Shown here in pieces: positions 15,851 through 26,074 of a stretch of DNA of 64,000 nt (positions within the stretch are counted from its first letter, which is position 1; each line of letters opens with the position of its first letter). The notes beneath the pieces were generated by a model. That model worked only from the letters and a program-made list of their open reading frames with translations, was not told where the DNA came from and did no database searches. The stretch lies in contig JAYUSS010000131.1 in assembly GCA_043755535.1 (NCBI GenBank), positions 10,829 to 74,828 on the forward strand, written 5' to 3'. The DNA comes from Candidatus Peregrinibacteria bacterium (GTDB lineage Bacteria > Patescibacteriota > Gracilibacteria > Peribacterales > Peribacteraceae). The translations under genes were made by a program, and so were the position numbers.

Positions 15851-17052
15851 TTCTCCCTATCATCACCCTCTTTGTAGGGTGGCAATTGGGCGCAATCAGT
15901 CAGACGGGGCAAATTAATGACCTTAAACACCGATTAGACGGTCTCTCGGGACTCACGGCATCGGGCGCGGTTGCAGGTGACCCCGAGAAAGAAGTGGACC
16001 TGTCGCTGATGTGGAATGTATGGAGACTCCTGCAGACCAAATACATCGAACCCGGCGATCTGGAAGCGAGGAAAATGTCGCTCGGTGCCGTTGCCGGCAT
16101 GGTCAGCGCCGTCGGTGACCCATATACGGTCTTTATGACGCCCAAAGAAAACACCGACTTCCGCCAGGGGCTAAGCGGCCACTTACAAGGAATCGGCGCA
16201 CAGCTAAGCCAGAGCGGAACGTTTGTCGTGGTCGTCTCGCCCATCAAAGGCTCCCCCGCTGCCAAAGCCGGTCTGCAACCCGATGACGTGATTTTGCAGA
16301 TAGATGGAAAAGATATTACCGGCCAAAGCTTAGAAGAAGTCGTCAGCCAGATCCGCGGCCCCAAAGGCAGCACGGTGAAACTCGGCATCGGACGTGAGGG
16401 GGAAGATGACCTGCTCAATATTGCAATCGTGCGCGACGACATCACCGTCCCCAGTACCGAGTACGAAGTGAAGAGTGGGACCGGCGGTGACATCGGCTAC
16501 TTGGCCATCAACCAATTTGGAGACGAGACTATTGGAGAAGTACGGCAGATTCTCTCTGGAGTAGACGCAAAGAAACTCAAAGGATTCATCATCGATCTTC
16601 GCTACAACGGCGGAGGCTACCTGGACGGCGCCGTCGAACTGGTCTCCCTCTTCCAGAAGCAGGGTAAGGTCGTGGATGTAGCGGGCAGAGGTGATGAACC
16701 CCAGCGCCACTATGTCAACGGCAAGCCGATCTTGGCTGATATTCCATTGGTTGTCATCGTGAACGAAGGCTCTGCCAGTGCATCGGAAATTACGGCGGGG
16801 GCTCTGCAAGATAATAAGCGCGCAACGATTGTCGGCGTAAAAAGCTTCGGCAAAGGAACCGTGCAGGAAGTAATCGACCTTGCCGGCGGCACCAGCTTGC
16901 GTGTCACGATCGCCCATTGGCTGACGCCGAATGGACGCAACCTGAGCAAAGAAGGCGTGATCCCTGATGTGATCATCGAGCGAACGCGTGAGCAGATGAT
17001 CGCGGGACAGGATCCGCAGCTGGAGAAGGCGATGGAGGTGCTCTTAAAATAA
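15817..17052 (+). CDS. S41 carboxy-terminal processing peptidase (PDZ-containing)
   Basis: TM anchor, PDZ (SPIKGSPAAKAGLQPDDVILQIDG), catalytic region (IIDLRYNGGGY..NEGSASASEI..FGKGTVQ). Start chosen at MLMPNRLL; the ORF opens at 15748. Confidence 0.85.
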   Translation: MLMPNRLLSLAILPIITLFVGWQLGAISQTGQINDLKHRLDGLSGLTASGAVAGDPEKEVDLSLMWNVWRLLQTKYIEPGDLEARKMSLGAVAGMVSAVGDPYTVFMTPKENTDFRQGLSGHLQGIGAQLSQSGTFVVVVSPIKGSPAAKAGLQPDDVILQIDGKDITGQSLEEVVSQIRGPKGSTVKLGIGREGEDDLLNIAIVRDDITVPSTEYEVKSGTGGDIGYLAINQFGDETIGEVRQILSGVDAKKLKGFIIDLRYNGGGYLDGAVELVSLFQKQGKVVDVAGRGDEPQRHYVNGKPILADIPLVVIVNEGSASASEITAGALQDNKRATIVGVKSFGKGTVQEVIDLAGGTSLRVTIAHWLTPNGRNLSKEGVIPDVIIERTREQMIAGQDPQLEKAMEVLLK

Positions 17053-17053
17053 A

Positions 17054-17088
17054 GAGAGCTAGAAGCTGAAAGCCAGAAGCTATAAGCT
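17054..17088. repeat. Five tandem 7-nt words (gagagct agaagct gaaagcc agaagct ataagct) between the S41 protease and RNase H genes
   Basis: Read directly. Same word family as 8285-8319 and 20878-20940. Confidence 0.85.
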
Positions 17089-17095
17089 AACGACC

Positions 17096-17770
17096 GTGCT
17101 CCGCCTCCCCTCTTCCCTCGAACGTCGACTCGCTGAGATCTTCCCCAAGATCCGCGACCGCGAGCAGTTTGTAAAAGAAACACTCGAAGAGGCACTGCAA
17201 AAGTACGAACCGACAGAGGAGGAGAGCGACAACATCATGATCGGCGGCACCCTCCATTTGTTTTCCGATGGAGGCTCACGCGGCAACCCCGGGCAAGCGG
17301 CAGTCGCCTATATTCTGGAAGACCCTATTCGCGGCGAAGTCTTAAAAGAAGGAAAACAGCGCATCGGCGTCGAGACCAATAACGTCGCGGAGTATCGCGC
17401 GTTGATTGAAGGACTAAAAGCCGCCGAGAAATTCCACCCCAATCGCCTCATCTGCCACTTGGATTCCGAACTGGTCGTAAAACAGCTCAATGGGGAATAC
17501 AAAGTGAAGATGCCCGCGTTGCAGGTGTTTTTTGATGAAATCAAAGCGCTCGCCGACGAGCTCCCCGATGTCGTCTTTGTGCATATCCCCCGCGAAGATA
17601 ACTACCGGGCGGATGCACTGGTCAACCGCGCACTGGATGAACTGCCGGCTCCATCATTTGACGCCAACCGTCCGGGTGCGCCGCAGCAGACCTTGTTTCA
17701 TGACAGACCCGTTTCTTCGGATCGGCCCGGGGATGATTATCGCAATAGTTTAAGGGGGTCGGGGAGGTAA
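17096..17770 (+). CDS. RNase HI-like ribonuclease with N-terminal extension
   Basis: LFSDGGSRGNPGQAAVAY..NNVAEYRALIEGLK..DSELVVKQLNGEYKV..REDNYRADALVNRAL follows the RNase H fold DEDD pattern. Confidence 0.75.
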   Translation: MLRLPSSLERRLAEIFPKIRDREQFVKETLEEALQKYEPTEEESDNIMIGGTLHLFSDGGSRGNPGQAAVAYILEDPIRGEVLKEGKQRIGVETNNVAEYRALIEGLKAAEKFHPNRLICHLDSELVVKQLNGEYKVKMPALQVFFDEIKALADELPDVVFVHIPREDNYRADALVNRALDELPAPSFDANRPGAPQQTLFHDRPVSSDRPGDDYRNSLRGSGR

Positions 17771-17869
17771 AGAAAAGGCGGGAGCGAAGTCGAAGGGCTC
17801 ACCACGACATGCTGCTCTTTTCCCATTTTTCTTTTTTCATTATTCATTCCGTTCCTGCACACTATCCCC

Positions 17870-19180
17870 GTGTCCACTCGATCCTCGTTTTCCGGCCCCC
17901 TCGCACTCTTCGTCTTCCCCGTCCTCTTCGTCATCTTTTTACCGAAAGCGGAAGCCGCCCTCCCAAGCCTCACCTACCGCCACAAACATTTCCTCTACAC
18001 CATCAACGGAGGCGCAATGACCGGTTGGCAAGGGCAGAGCGAAGTATGGACCTATAGAGAGCGTGTCGTGATCCCCCCTGCCCTCCTACGAGTAGATGGC
18101 GACATCGTCCCCACTCTGCCCGAAGGATTTTCGAAGTCGCTCCAGCCATCGTGGAACCTTGATGCAATTGCTGAGACGATCCGTCAAAAAGTGGCGACGC
18201 AATTAGAACGCCCCGCCGGCAGCGTGGTTATTAGCCGTAATGCATCGGGCAGTATTATGTTTGAAGGTGTCGGATTCCCCGGGCGCCGGGTAGATCTAAC
18301 CAAGACTGCCCAGATGACGGTCGACGCACTCACGATGGGCATCACCGACATCACGCTCCCTGTCACCGAAACGCAGCCGCAGATCACGGTGCTCGATGAA
18401 GGGCTGAAAGCACAGGGCATTAAAGAAGTAGTGACCGTCGGTGAGTCGGACTTTCATGGCTCCACCCAAAACCGCATCCACAACGTTGTCACGGGCTTGA
18501 ATAGATTCAACGGACATCTAATCGCGAAAGACGAGACATTCTCGTTCGTGAAAGTGCTCGGCAACGTAGATGCCTCCACGGGCTACCGCAAAGAACTGAC
18601 GATCGTTGGGGATAAGACACTACCGGAGTACGGCGGAGGACTCTGCCAAGTAAGTTCCACCTCGTATCGCGGCATTTGGGAATACGGATTCCCCATCATG
18701 CAACGCAAGAATCACAGCTACGCCGTAAGCTACTATGCTCCGCAAGGGACCGATGCAACGGTATATCCACCAAACGTGGATATTAAATTTAAAAACGACA
18801 GCCCCGGTGCACTCCTGATACAAACTGCAATTGATATCCCTAATACCAAGGCCTATTTCATCTACTACGGCACGCGTGATGATCGCACGAGTGTCGTCAC
18901 CGGGCCCTTCAGCTGGGGATACAAGTCTGCTCCACCACCCCGCACCGAACAGACCACCGAAATCCCCGCAGGAACCAAGCGCAAAGTGGGCGAAGCGGTC
19001 CCGGGGCTCCAAGCTGCATGGTTTCGCACGGTTGTGAAGGATGGCAAAGAAACAACCCAAGGGACGTATTCGACGTATCAGGCGCGTCCGCTGTATTGGC
19101 AAATCGGGGTAGAAAATCTGACATCAAGCAGCGGGGCGTTGACGAATGTCGGTGGGGCTGAGGCAGTCATATCTGATTAA
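17870..19180 (+). CDS. VanW family protein
   Basis: Signal/anchor sequence and the VanW core (..LPEYGGGLCQVSSTSYRGIWEYGFPIMQRKNHSY..). Confidence 0.75.
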   Translation: MSTRSSFSGPLALFVFPVLFVIFLPKAEAALPSLTYRHKHFLYTINGGAMTGWQGQSEVWTYRERVVIPPALLRVDGDIVPTLPEGFSKSLQPSWNLDAIAETIRQKVATQLERPAGSVVISRNASGSIMFEGVGFPGRRVDLTKTAQMTVDALTMGITDITLPVTETQPQITVLDEGLKAQGIKEVVTVGESDFHGSTQNRIHNVVTGLNRFNGHLIAKDETFSFVKVLGNVDASTGYRKELTIVGDKTLPEYGGGLCQVSSTSYRGIWEYGFPIMQRKNHSYAVSYYAPQGTDATVYPPNVDIKFKNDSPGALLIQTAIDIPNTKAYFIYYGTRDDRTSVVTGPFSWGYKSAPPPRTEQTTEIPAGTKRKVGEAVPGLQAAWFRTVVKDGKETTQGTYSTYQARPLYWQIGVENLTSSSGALTNVGGAEAVISD

Positions 19181-19184
19181 AGTT

Positions 19185-19247
19185 CCAAGATCCAAGCACC
19201 AAGATCCAAAACGGGCGTCGTTTGGACGACTTGGAATTTGGATCTTG
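19185..19247. terminator. Imperfect word-repeat hairpin between convergent VanW and recO
   Basis: ccaagat ccaagca ccaagat ccaaaac (19185-19212) against cgtttggacgacttggaatttggatcttg (19219-19247). Confidence 0.55.
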
Positions 19248-19265
19248 TAATTTAGCTCTTGGACC

Positions 19266-19907
19266 TTACGCTTGCAGCACAAGCGTCCGCGATTTCATCG
19301 GCCTCGCCGCATGTTCATCAATAATTCCATCAAGGAGCGATGCCAATTCGTGATGCGCGGGTGCAAGTTCTGCAAGCGTATCGAACGGCAACGGTGATGC
19401 GGATGCATGCAGGAATGCACGCAAGCTATCAGATAGTTCCATAATGCGATCATCCCCGTTTTCGGTGGGAAGTAACCCGAGCAGATGAAAGAGGCGCGTC
19501 TGAAACGCCGTGAGTGCCCCGGCTTCGTCATGAGAGGAGTGATGCAAAAATGCGCACAGAAGATCAAATACTGCGGGCAAGGGCTCGCTGTCTTCGATCA
19601 ACGACAGAATGAGATCCATCCCGCTGCTGCGTTGGAAAAACGACGCAAATGTGCCGGTCTCCGTCTCGTACGTGCCATGGTCCGCGGCGCCGACAATCAA
19701 GTGATGCTCCCCGCTTTCGACAATATCCACCTTTACCCTACGCATAGGAAGGAGTGACCCCCCCATGCGACTGCCAGGTTTGCGGACGGCTTTTGCCCGT
19801 GCAGCCATACGCCCCTTCTCGCGTGTCAGCAGAATGCAAAAACGATCTGCCTCCCCCACGTCTACGGCACGCAGCACCACGGCATCAAGGCTCATTCTGC
19901 GTGTCAT
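19266..19907 (-). CDS. recO: DNA repair protein RecO
   Basis: N-terminal OB-like LDAVVLRAVDVGEADRFCILLTREKGRMAARAKAVRK; length about 213 aa. Confidence 0.75.
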   Translation of the reverse strand: MTRRMSLDAVVLRAVDVGEADRFCILLTREKGRMAARAKAVRKPGSRMGGSLLPMRRVKVDIVESGEHHLIVGAADHGTYETETGTFASFFQRSSGMDLILSLIEDSEPLPAVFDLLCAFLHHSSHDEAGALTAFQTRLFHLLGLLPTENGDDRIMELSDSLRAFLHASASPLPFDTLAELAPAHHELASLLDGIIDEHAARPMKSRTLVLQA

Positions 19908-19910
19908 AGG

Positions 19911-20864
19911 CTAAGCGGAGAACGAGAATGAAACCGGGAGCTTGCTGCGTACCCCGACAATCGTGCCGGCAAAAGAGAGCACGGGAATCACAACAATCTG
20001 GACGAGCAGGAAAATCGGAAGAGCGGTGTACAAGAGTGGAACTGCTTCACTCTGGAGCGCGCGGAAGGGCGCTTCGAGGGCGAACGCAGGCATAAAGACC
20101 GGCAACAAGAAAAGAATCGTGCCCATCAGAAGCGCCGCGATGACCGCAGCTGCAAGCAGGAGTACGGTCATCTCGAGCGCAAAGGGCAAAAGCACGTTGA
20201 ACGATGTTGCCCCCAGCAAGTGCGCCAGCCGCGGTTCATGGCCACGCCTGGCCGCCGCGCGCGAAACCCACTCAAACACCGCCGCGCAGAGCAGTAAAAA
20301 CATCACGATCATAAAGACGATACTGAGCGTCGTCAGCCCATCAGTCACTTGGAGGAGGGTGCGGATTTCCTGTTCGTGATCAGCCCCTGCAGTCAAAAAT
20401 GAGGGGTCCACCACCTGCTTCCAGCGGCTCATCTGCAAATCTGCGGCCAATGCGTTATACGATTCGAGCGAGGTGAGCGTCACCGAAAACACATCGGGGA
20501 AGGGGTTATCGAAATCGTACTGCTCCATGAATGCTATGTCTTCAGGGTGCAATGCTTTTTGTCGCTCATACACCTGTTCTTTTGAGAGGAATGAAACTTC
20601 TCGAACCGACGGATGGATGCGTAGCGCCGCATATAGTTCCTGAATATCCTGCTCCCGTGCCGTCGACAAAACCTCCAGCTGCAACGCGGAACGATCGGTC
20701 AGCAAATGCGTAACCGCCCGCACTCCCACCAGAAACGTGAAGAGCATCTGGGCCAAGAGCATGAGACACACCAGCATCGCTAACGTGAATCCCGATGATC
20801 TGTCCCGCCGTAGATGGAGCAAGACACGACTGAGTAGCGGGCCAATGGCACTGACAGAGGACAT
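19911..20864 (-). CDS. ftsX: Cell-division ABC-transporter permease FtsX-like
   Basis: One N-terminal TM, a periplasmic-type domain, and three C-terminal TM helices (FtsX topology). No ftsE is present in the window. Confidence 0.6.
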   Translation of the reverse strand: MSSVSAIGPLLSRVLLHLRRDRSSGFTLAMLVCLMLLAQMLFTFLVGVRAVTHLLTDRSALQLEVLSTAREQDIQELYAALRIHPSVREVSFLSKEQVYERQKALHPEDIAFMEQYDFDNPFPDVFSVTLTSLESYNALAADLQMSRWKQVVDPSFLTAGADHEQEIRTLLQVTDGLTTLSIVFMIVMFLLLCAAVFEWVSRAAARRGHEPRLAHLLGATSFNVLLPFALEMTVLLLAAAVIAALLMGTILFLLPVFMPAFALEAPFRALQSEAVPLLYTALPIFLLVQIVVIPVLSFAGTIVGVRSKLPVSFSFSA

Positions 20865-20877
20865 GGCGGAATTGTAA

Positions 20878-20940
20878 AGCTTCTAGCTTCTAGCTTCTAG
20901 CTTCTAGAACAGAATCCCTGAAAGCTGAAAGCTAGAAGCT
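20878..20940. terminator. 23-bp-stem hairpin built from agcttct/agaagct 7-nt words between the TPR gene and ftsX
   Basis: Pairing 20885-20907 with 20918-20940 by hand gives 19 Watson-Crick pairs, 2 GU pairs and 2 mismatches, with a 10-nt loop. Confidence 0.7.
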
Positions 20941-20942
20941 CG

Positions 20943-21566
20943 TCATACTCGCTTCGTCTCCAATTCATTCTCCAGCACATGCTGCTCAATACGCTCAATC
21001 GCGGCGACACATTCGCGCGCACGCGGGTTATCGGGCTCCAGGTCGAGTGCGCGCAAAAAGAGCGCACGAGCTTTCGAAAGGTTACGCAGTTCCAGGTATG
21101 CGGTGCCAAGGTCGCACAGTGTCAGCGGGTTTTCACTATCGAGGTTCAACGATCGCTCGAGTGTCACCACACCCTGCGGCTTTAGGTCACTACGAAGCAG
21201 TGCCCACCCCAGACATCGTAAAATTTCGGGGTTATTCGCCTTCAGTCTGTTCGCCTCTTTCAAACGCTTGAGTGCTTCGTCCCACTTTCCTTCGCGCGAA
21301 CGCAGGTACCCAAGAATATAATGACCGGTATAGCTGGAAGGGTCGAGCGCGACAGATTGCGACGCGGCGATATCGGCCCGCGAAAAACGTTCGAGTGATA
21401 ATTCATTGTCGGCAATCTCTTCGAGCGCTGCCACGTTGCTGGGGTCTTCCAAGACCAGATCCTCCAGAATCATCAGCGCATTGCTGTAATCGCCTGCGAG
21501 TTTCAGCTGTTCGGCGCGCTCCAGACGCTCCAAGACATCCGGTGGCAATTGGCCATGATCAGTCAT
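20943..21566 (-). CDS. TPR-repeat protein
   Basis: Repeated A..Y..LG....G....A...F..AL..P pattern. Start taken at MTDHGQLPP to avoid overlap with the upstream gene. Confidence 0.65.
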   Translation of the reverse strand: MTDHGQLPPDVLERLERAEQLKLAGDYSNALMILEDLVLEDPSNVAALEEIADNELSLERFSRADIAASQSVALDPSSYTGHYILGYLRSREGKWDEALKRLKEANRLKANNPEILRCLGWALLRSDLKPQGVVTLERSLNLDSENPLTLCDLGTAYLELRNLSKARALFLRALDLEPDNPRARECVAAIERIEQHVLENELETKRV

Positions 21567-21630
21567 ATGGGACTCATAATACGCCGAAAAGTGCCTCCAC
21601 AATAGTAATTGGAGGAAAAAGTAGAAGAGA

Positions 21631-21969
21631 TTAGCTTGTAAGGAAGTAATCGATGGTACGCAGAATCGCATACGCGCCAAAGACCACCGCAAGACTTAAA
21701 ACAGCTCCAATCATCAAATCCTTCCCTTTCTGCTTATAGTCTTCCTTTGCACCTGAAATAGTGACAAAAAACGCCCCGACCGTGAACATCGCCATCGCAA
21801 CCGCGGCGATCGCCCCGGCCATATAGGCAATAATACGTGTGATAATGCCCCAGAAGGTAAAGGATGTACCTGTAGAGATCGTGAGAACTGCATCCACCTC
21901 TAGCGGGAGCAGGACGAAAGCCAGCGCCAACGCAAAAGGGACAAAGAATCGGTGCAATCGGAGTGTCAT
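21631..21969 (-). CDS. Small membrane protein, tentatively TrbC/VirB2-like pilin
   Basis: Signal-like N-terminus followed by two long hydrophobic helices; 112 aa. The family assignment is tentative. Confidence 0.4.
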   Translation of the reverse strand: MTLRLHRFFVPFALALAFVLLPLEVDAVLTISTGTSFTFWGIITRIIAYMAGAIAAVAMAMFTVGAFFVTISGAKEDYKQKGKDLMIGAVLSLAVVFGAYAILRTIDYFLTS

Positions 21970-22126
21970 ACACGCCTAGGATACTCCGGTAACTGGATTG
22001 CATGAAAGCCTTTGCCGCACCTACACTGTATACCTCATGGAGGACCGTGATTTGCCACCGGAAGCATCTGGGTTCCAGAGCCGTTCCCTGAACGGGCAAA
22101 TTCCACGTGCATATGTCCGCGAGCCC

Positions 22127-25100
22127 ATGCGAAAGAGGCCGAATAACGACATGCGAGGAAGAGTCGCATCAGTTATCGCATTCCTACGCAGTCGCGGACC
22201 CAAGCGTCTGATCCGCGAAGCGTTTCTGATCGTGGTAGGACTCGGCCTGCTCTACAGCATATTCCTATGGTTCACGCTCCCCGATATTTCCGACCCTCGC
22301 AGTCTCATCGCATCCCAAAGCTCGGTAATTGCAGACCGTAACGGAACAGAGCTCTACAGACTCTACAGCGAAGAAAACCGCGCCTTCATTGAAAGTACCG
22401 ATATCCCAAACAGCCTCAAGCAAGCGATCGTTGCGATCGAAGATGAGCGGTATTACACCCGCGGATGCCTGGACCTGCGCGCCATTGCCCGCGCATTCTT
22501 CCGCTTCGGAAAGTCCGGAGGAGCATCGACCTTAACCCGTCAGCTGGCACGTAACGCCCTCGACTTGAAAAATGAAAACATCATCAGCCGTAAGTTGAAA
22601 GAAATTGTGCTCGGCTGCCAACTGGAAAGCACCTACAGCAAAGACGAGCTCTTGGCGCTCTACCTCAACTGGATTCCGTTCGGCCAGAACGCCTATGGCA
22701 TAGAGCTGGCCAGCCGCACGTACTTCGGCGTCCCGGCAAAAGATCTGACGTTGGCGCAGTCCGTGATCCTCGCATCCATCCCTCGCGCCCCATCGTATTA
22801 CAGCCCCTATGGTAACCATGTGCGAACGAGTGTTTCTGTGAGTATTCAAGAAGATATCGCTGCCGGCCGCATTACAAAGGCATCGCAAATCCCCGAGGAT
22901 GAAGCGGCAACGGGACTACTTGGAACAATGATCGGGACCGGATCAACCACCTTCTATATAGGAGGACGCACCGACCAGGTGCTGCGTAACATGCAGGACT
23001 TGGAATTTATTGATGAAGCTTTACGTCTTGCGACGCTCGAAGAATTAAAGACCATCACCTTCAGCCAGTACCGCGAAGACATTCGCGCTCCGCACTTCGT
23101 TCTCTGGGTAAAGCAGGAAGTAGAAACGCTCCTCGGCGGAGAATCTGCCGACGACAGCGTGCTTAACCAGGGGGGCCTCACCATCGAAACCACGCTTGAC
23201 TGGAAACTGCAGCAAATCGCCGAAAGCTTGATCACGGCCAAACGCGAAGACATCGGCAGAGTATACGAGGCACACAACATCGCACTCGTATCCGTACAGA
23301 CCGGCACGAATGAAATTGTCGCGTACGTAGGCAACAGCGACTACAACGATGAGGTGCATGACGGTCGCGTCGACATGGCCAAGGCCGCCAGACAACCGGG
23401 CTCCAGTTTTAAGCCGTTCATCTACGCTGCGGCATTCGAAAAAGGATTTAGCCCCGCAACGGTGCTCTATGATGTGCCGACCGCATTTGGCACCGATAAG
23501 CCGCAGAACTTTGACGGCAGCTACTGGGGGCTCACCAATATCCGTAAAGCGCTTGGGGCCTCCCGCAACATCCCCGCGATCAAAGCGTTTTTCCTTGGCG
23601 GAGAAGAAGGACCGATTCTGGACCTTGCCGCACGCATGGGAGTGACGACCCCACGCGATCAGAAGCGCACATTTATAGATGACAATCCCGACTTCCAGTA
23701 CGGCTGGCCGCTGGCCCTAGGGGCTGGCGAAGCACCTCTCACCGAAATGGTGCAGGGGTATGCGACATTCGCGGGCGGGGGTATCAGCAAGCCTCTCGTC
23801 GGTATCAAAAAGATCACGGATCGCCGCGGCAACATTCTGTACGAAGCGCCGGTTGATGACGGCACGGAAGCGATTGACCCGCGCATCGCCTACGAAATCA
23901 CCTCGGTCTTAAGCGACGTCGGTGCGCGTCCCGGTGAATACTGGCAGAGTGTGCTCTCTGTCCCCGGTTTCCAGGCAGCTGCAAAAACAGGGACCAGTAA
24001 CAAGTGTCTGGACCGAGGCGTTACCGGTGGATGCACCGAGCGACGTCCGTCTGATTTGTGGACGATGGGCTTTACGCCGAATCTTGTGACCGGCATCTGG
24101 ATAGGTAACGCCGATTCTTCTCCCCTCGCCGCAAAAGCCGAGTCGCTTTCACTCGCCTCCCCTATTTGGAAAGACTTCATGGTCAAGGCGCACAAAGAAT
24201 TAGAAACATCCGTCACGGCCTTTAGCATTCCGACGGGGATCGCGCAGCCTCAGATTTCTACCCTGAGTGGGCAGCTTCCCACCGAGTGCACACCGATTGA
24301 TCGCAGAGTGTCGGACATATTCCTGCAGGAAAACTCCCCGACACAGGACGACCCTGCGTGTGTGAAACTGACGGTCGACAAAGTAACGGGCCTCCTCGCA
24401 TCAGCCGAATGTCCGGCCGAAGCCGCAGAAGAGCGAAGCTTCTTTCAACCCCAAGAAGTGCTCGCGAGCCGCTTCCCGCAGTGGCAGGCCTCGGTGATTG
24501 AATGGGCCAAGGGACGCATGGCGAGTTACGACACCTTAACCGGCCTCTTCGGCTCCGGCGCTCCTCTCCCCTTGCCACTGGCCCCCACCGAAAGCTGCAC
24601 GCTTGCCCTGACCCCTGGTCGCCAGCAAGCACCGACGCTGCGTATCGATTACCCCGTATCGGTTGCAACCTATCCATCGTTCCAACCGCGTCTCACGTAC
24701 AGCGCCGGTTCGGGTATTCGTGAGATTCGCTTCGAGATCGACGGCAAACCCGCGGGCACATTCACGACTGAACCATTCGAAGGACCTGTGCAAGTTCCAC
24801 GATCCGTAAAAGAAGGTGGAGAGCACACGCTTACGGTCACGCTTGTCGACCAGTACTACAACACGGCAACGGACGAAGTAGATTTCCAGTTCGAAGAAGA
24901 CCGTGATAACCCTTCCGTAGAATTCACCTCACCCCGCGGTGACTTGTCCGCAAAAGCAGGAGAAGCCTTGGTACTAGAAGCAGATGCGACGGATGATGAA
25001 GGCGGTATCAAGTACGTGCAGTTCTACCTGGGTACCAGACTCCTTTCGACTAAACCGACTGCGCCGTACAAGCTTGATTGGGCGCAGACACTGGAACCTG

Positions 25101-25183
25101 GCTCCTACGAACTACGCGTGGTAGCTACGGACCTTGCGGGGAATGAATCAGAGGACAGCATTGAACTGACGATCGAAAACTAA
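22127..25183 (+). CDS. mrcA: Class A penicillin-binding protein (glycosyltransferase + transpeptidase) with C-terminal Ig-like domains
   Basis: GT51 motifs (AIEDERYY, GASTLTRQL). Transpeptidase motifs (QPGSSFKPF, SRN, KTGTS). C-terminal tandem Ig-like segment (YVQFYLGTRLLSTKPTAPY). The ORF opens at 21998; MRKRPNN is the preferred start. Confidence 0.85.
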   Translation: MRKRPNNDMRGRVASVIAFLRSRGPKRLIREAFLIVVGLGLLYSIFLWFTLPDISDPRSLIASQSSVIADRNGTELYRLYSEENRAFIESTDIPNSLKQAIVAIEDERYYTRGCLDLRAIARAFFRFGKSGGASTLTRQLARNALDLKNENIISRKLKEIVLGCQLESTYSKDELLALYLNWIPFGQNAYGIELASRTYFGVPAKDLTLAQSVILASIPRAPSYYSPYGNHVRTSVSVSIQEDIAAGRITKASQIPEDEAATGLLGTMIGTGSTTFYIGGRTDQVLRNMQDLEFIDEALRLATLEELKTITFSQYREDIRAPHFVLWVKQEVETLLGGESADDSVLNQGGLTIETTLDWKLQQIAESLITAKREDIGRVYEAHNIALVSVQTGTNEIVAYVGNSDYNDEVHDGRVDMAKAARQPGSSFKPFIYAAAFEKGFSPATVLYDVPTAFGTDKPQNFDGSYWGLTNIRKALGASRNIPAIKAFFLGGEEGPILDLAARMGVTTPRDQKRTFIDDNPDFQYGWPLALGAGEAPLTEMVQGYATFAGGGISKPLVGIKKITDRRGNILYEAPVDDGTEAIDPRIAYEITSVLSDVGARPGEYWQSVLSVPGFQAAAKTGTSNKCLDRGVTGGCTERRPSDLWTMGFTPNLVTGIWIGNADSSPLAAKAESLSLASPIWKDFMVKAHKELETSVTAFSIPTGIAQPQISTLSGQLPTECTPIDRRVSDIFLQENSPTQDDPACVKLTVDKVTGLLASAECPAEAAEERSFFQPQEVLASRFPQWQASVIEWAKGRMASYDTLTGLFGSGAPLPLPLAPTESCTLALTPGRQQAPTLRIDYPVSVATYPSFQPRLTYSAGSGIREIRFEIDGKPAGTFTTEPFEGPVQVPRSVKEGGEHTLTVTLVDQYYNTATDEVDFQFEEDRDNPSVEFTSPRGDLSAKAGEALVLEADATDDEGGIKYVQFYLGTRLLSTKPTAPYKLDWAQTLEPGSYELRVVATDLAGNESEDSIELTIEN

Positions 25184-25347
25184 CACCTCTCAGCTGCGTC
25201 ACGATTGTGTCTTTTTGCAATACCATTCGCTCGCAACCTGCATGACTGAGGGTAAAGTTGAAGGTTGCGCGAGATCCGGTCTTTCACACAAGAAGGAAGA
25301 TCATGCATGACCAGGGGCAACGGTACGACCTCGACGATGATGAACTA

Positions 25348-25891
25348 CCGCGCAGCAAGCTGACGCGGTATCGGTGCAAGTTATGAGGGAAACATGCTGA
25401 GTTGTTCTACTACGTGCGTTCGGTAGATGTTTTTGTAGTGCTGGCCTTGGTTCTGAACATACGTCTGTATGACTTGCTCATTGCCATGCTTTCCGACTGT
25501 TTGAATGTAGTAACCACTGGTCCAGAATGATCCTCCCCAGAGCATTTTCTTTACTTCCGGTCTGCGTTTGAAGATCTCTCTGGCTGTGATGCTCTTGATC
25601 GTTTGAACCATACGAGTGGGAAGCATCATCGGGACGGATTGAAGGAGGAAATGGACATGATCTTCATCGGCTCCAATCTCCACAAAACGTATTTCGTAGC
25701 GTTGTTGAATATCAAAGCAGATGTCTTTGAGTGTTTGCTCCACTTCTTGAGAGAAAACTTTCTTCCGATATTTTGCAGGACAGACCAAGTGGTACAGCAT
25801 AAGATTCACATTATGCTCTTTGTGGATGTGTTTCGTCATACGAATAGCCTACCCCCTCCACCTGACGACCGCCCGCAGCAAGCTGACGGGG
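25348..25891 (-). mobile_element. IS200/IS605-family element (tnpA only)
   Basis: Y1/HUH transposase gene flanked by GCAGCAAGCTGACG-containing hairpin-like motifs (25348-25368, 25869-25891). The exact ends are not determined. Confidence 0.6.
25381..25839 (-). CDS. tnpA: IS200/IS605 family transposase TnpA (HUH, Y1)
   Basis: LYHLVCPAKYRKKVF, DEDHVHFLLQS (HUH), FWTSGYYIQTVG (catalytic Tyr context); 152 aa. Confidence 0.9.
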   Translation of the reverse strand: MTKHIHKEHNVNLMLYHLVCPAKYRKKVFSQEVEQTLKDICFDIQQRYEIRFVEIGADEDHVHFLLQSVPMMLPTRMVQTIKSITAREIFKRRPEVKKMLWGGSFWTSGYYIQTVGKHGNEQVIQTYVQNQGQHYKNIYRTHVVEQLSMFPS

Positions 25892-26074
25892 TATTCCTCC
25901 TAGGGGAATAAACGCTGTATTATTCATTATTCTCATAGAATGATACACTACTCAATTGCAGATCAGCTGTTTCCCATTTCTAGAACTTGTAACTTCATAT
26001 TTTTGTACTATTCTGAGGTGGATGTCGAATGAGCCACTTTCTCCAGCATACTTCCATCCTCTCTCCGAACACTC

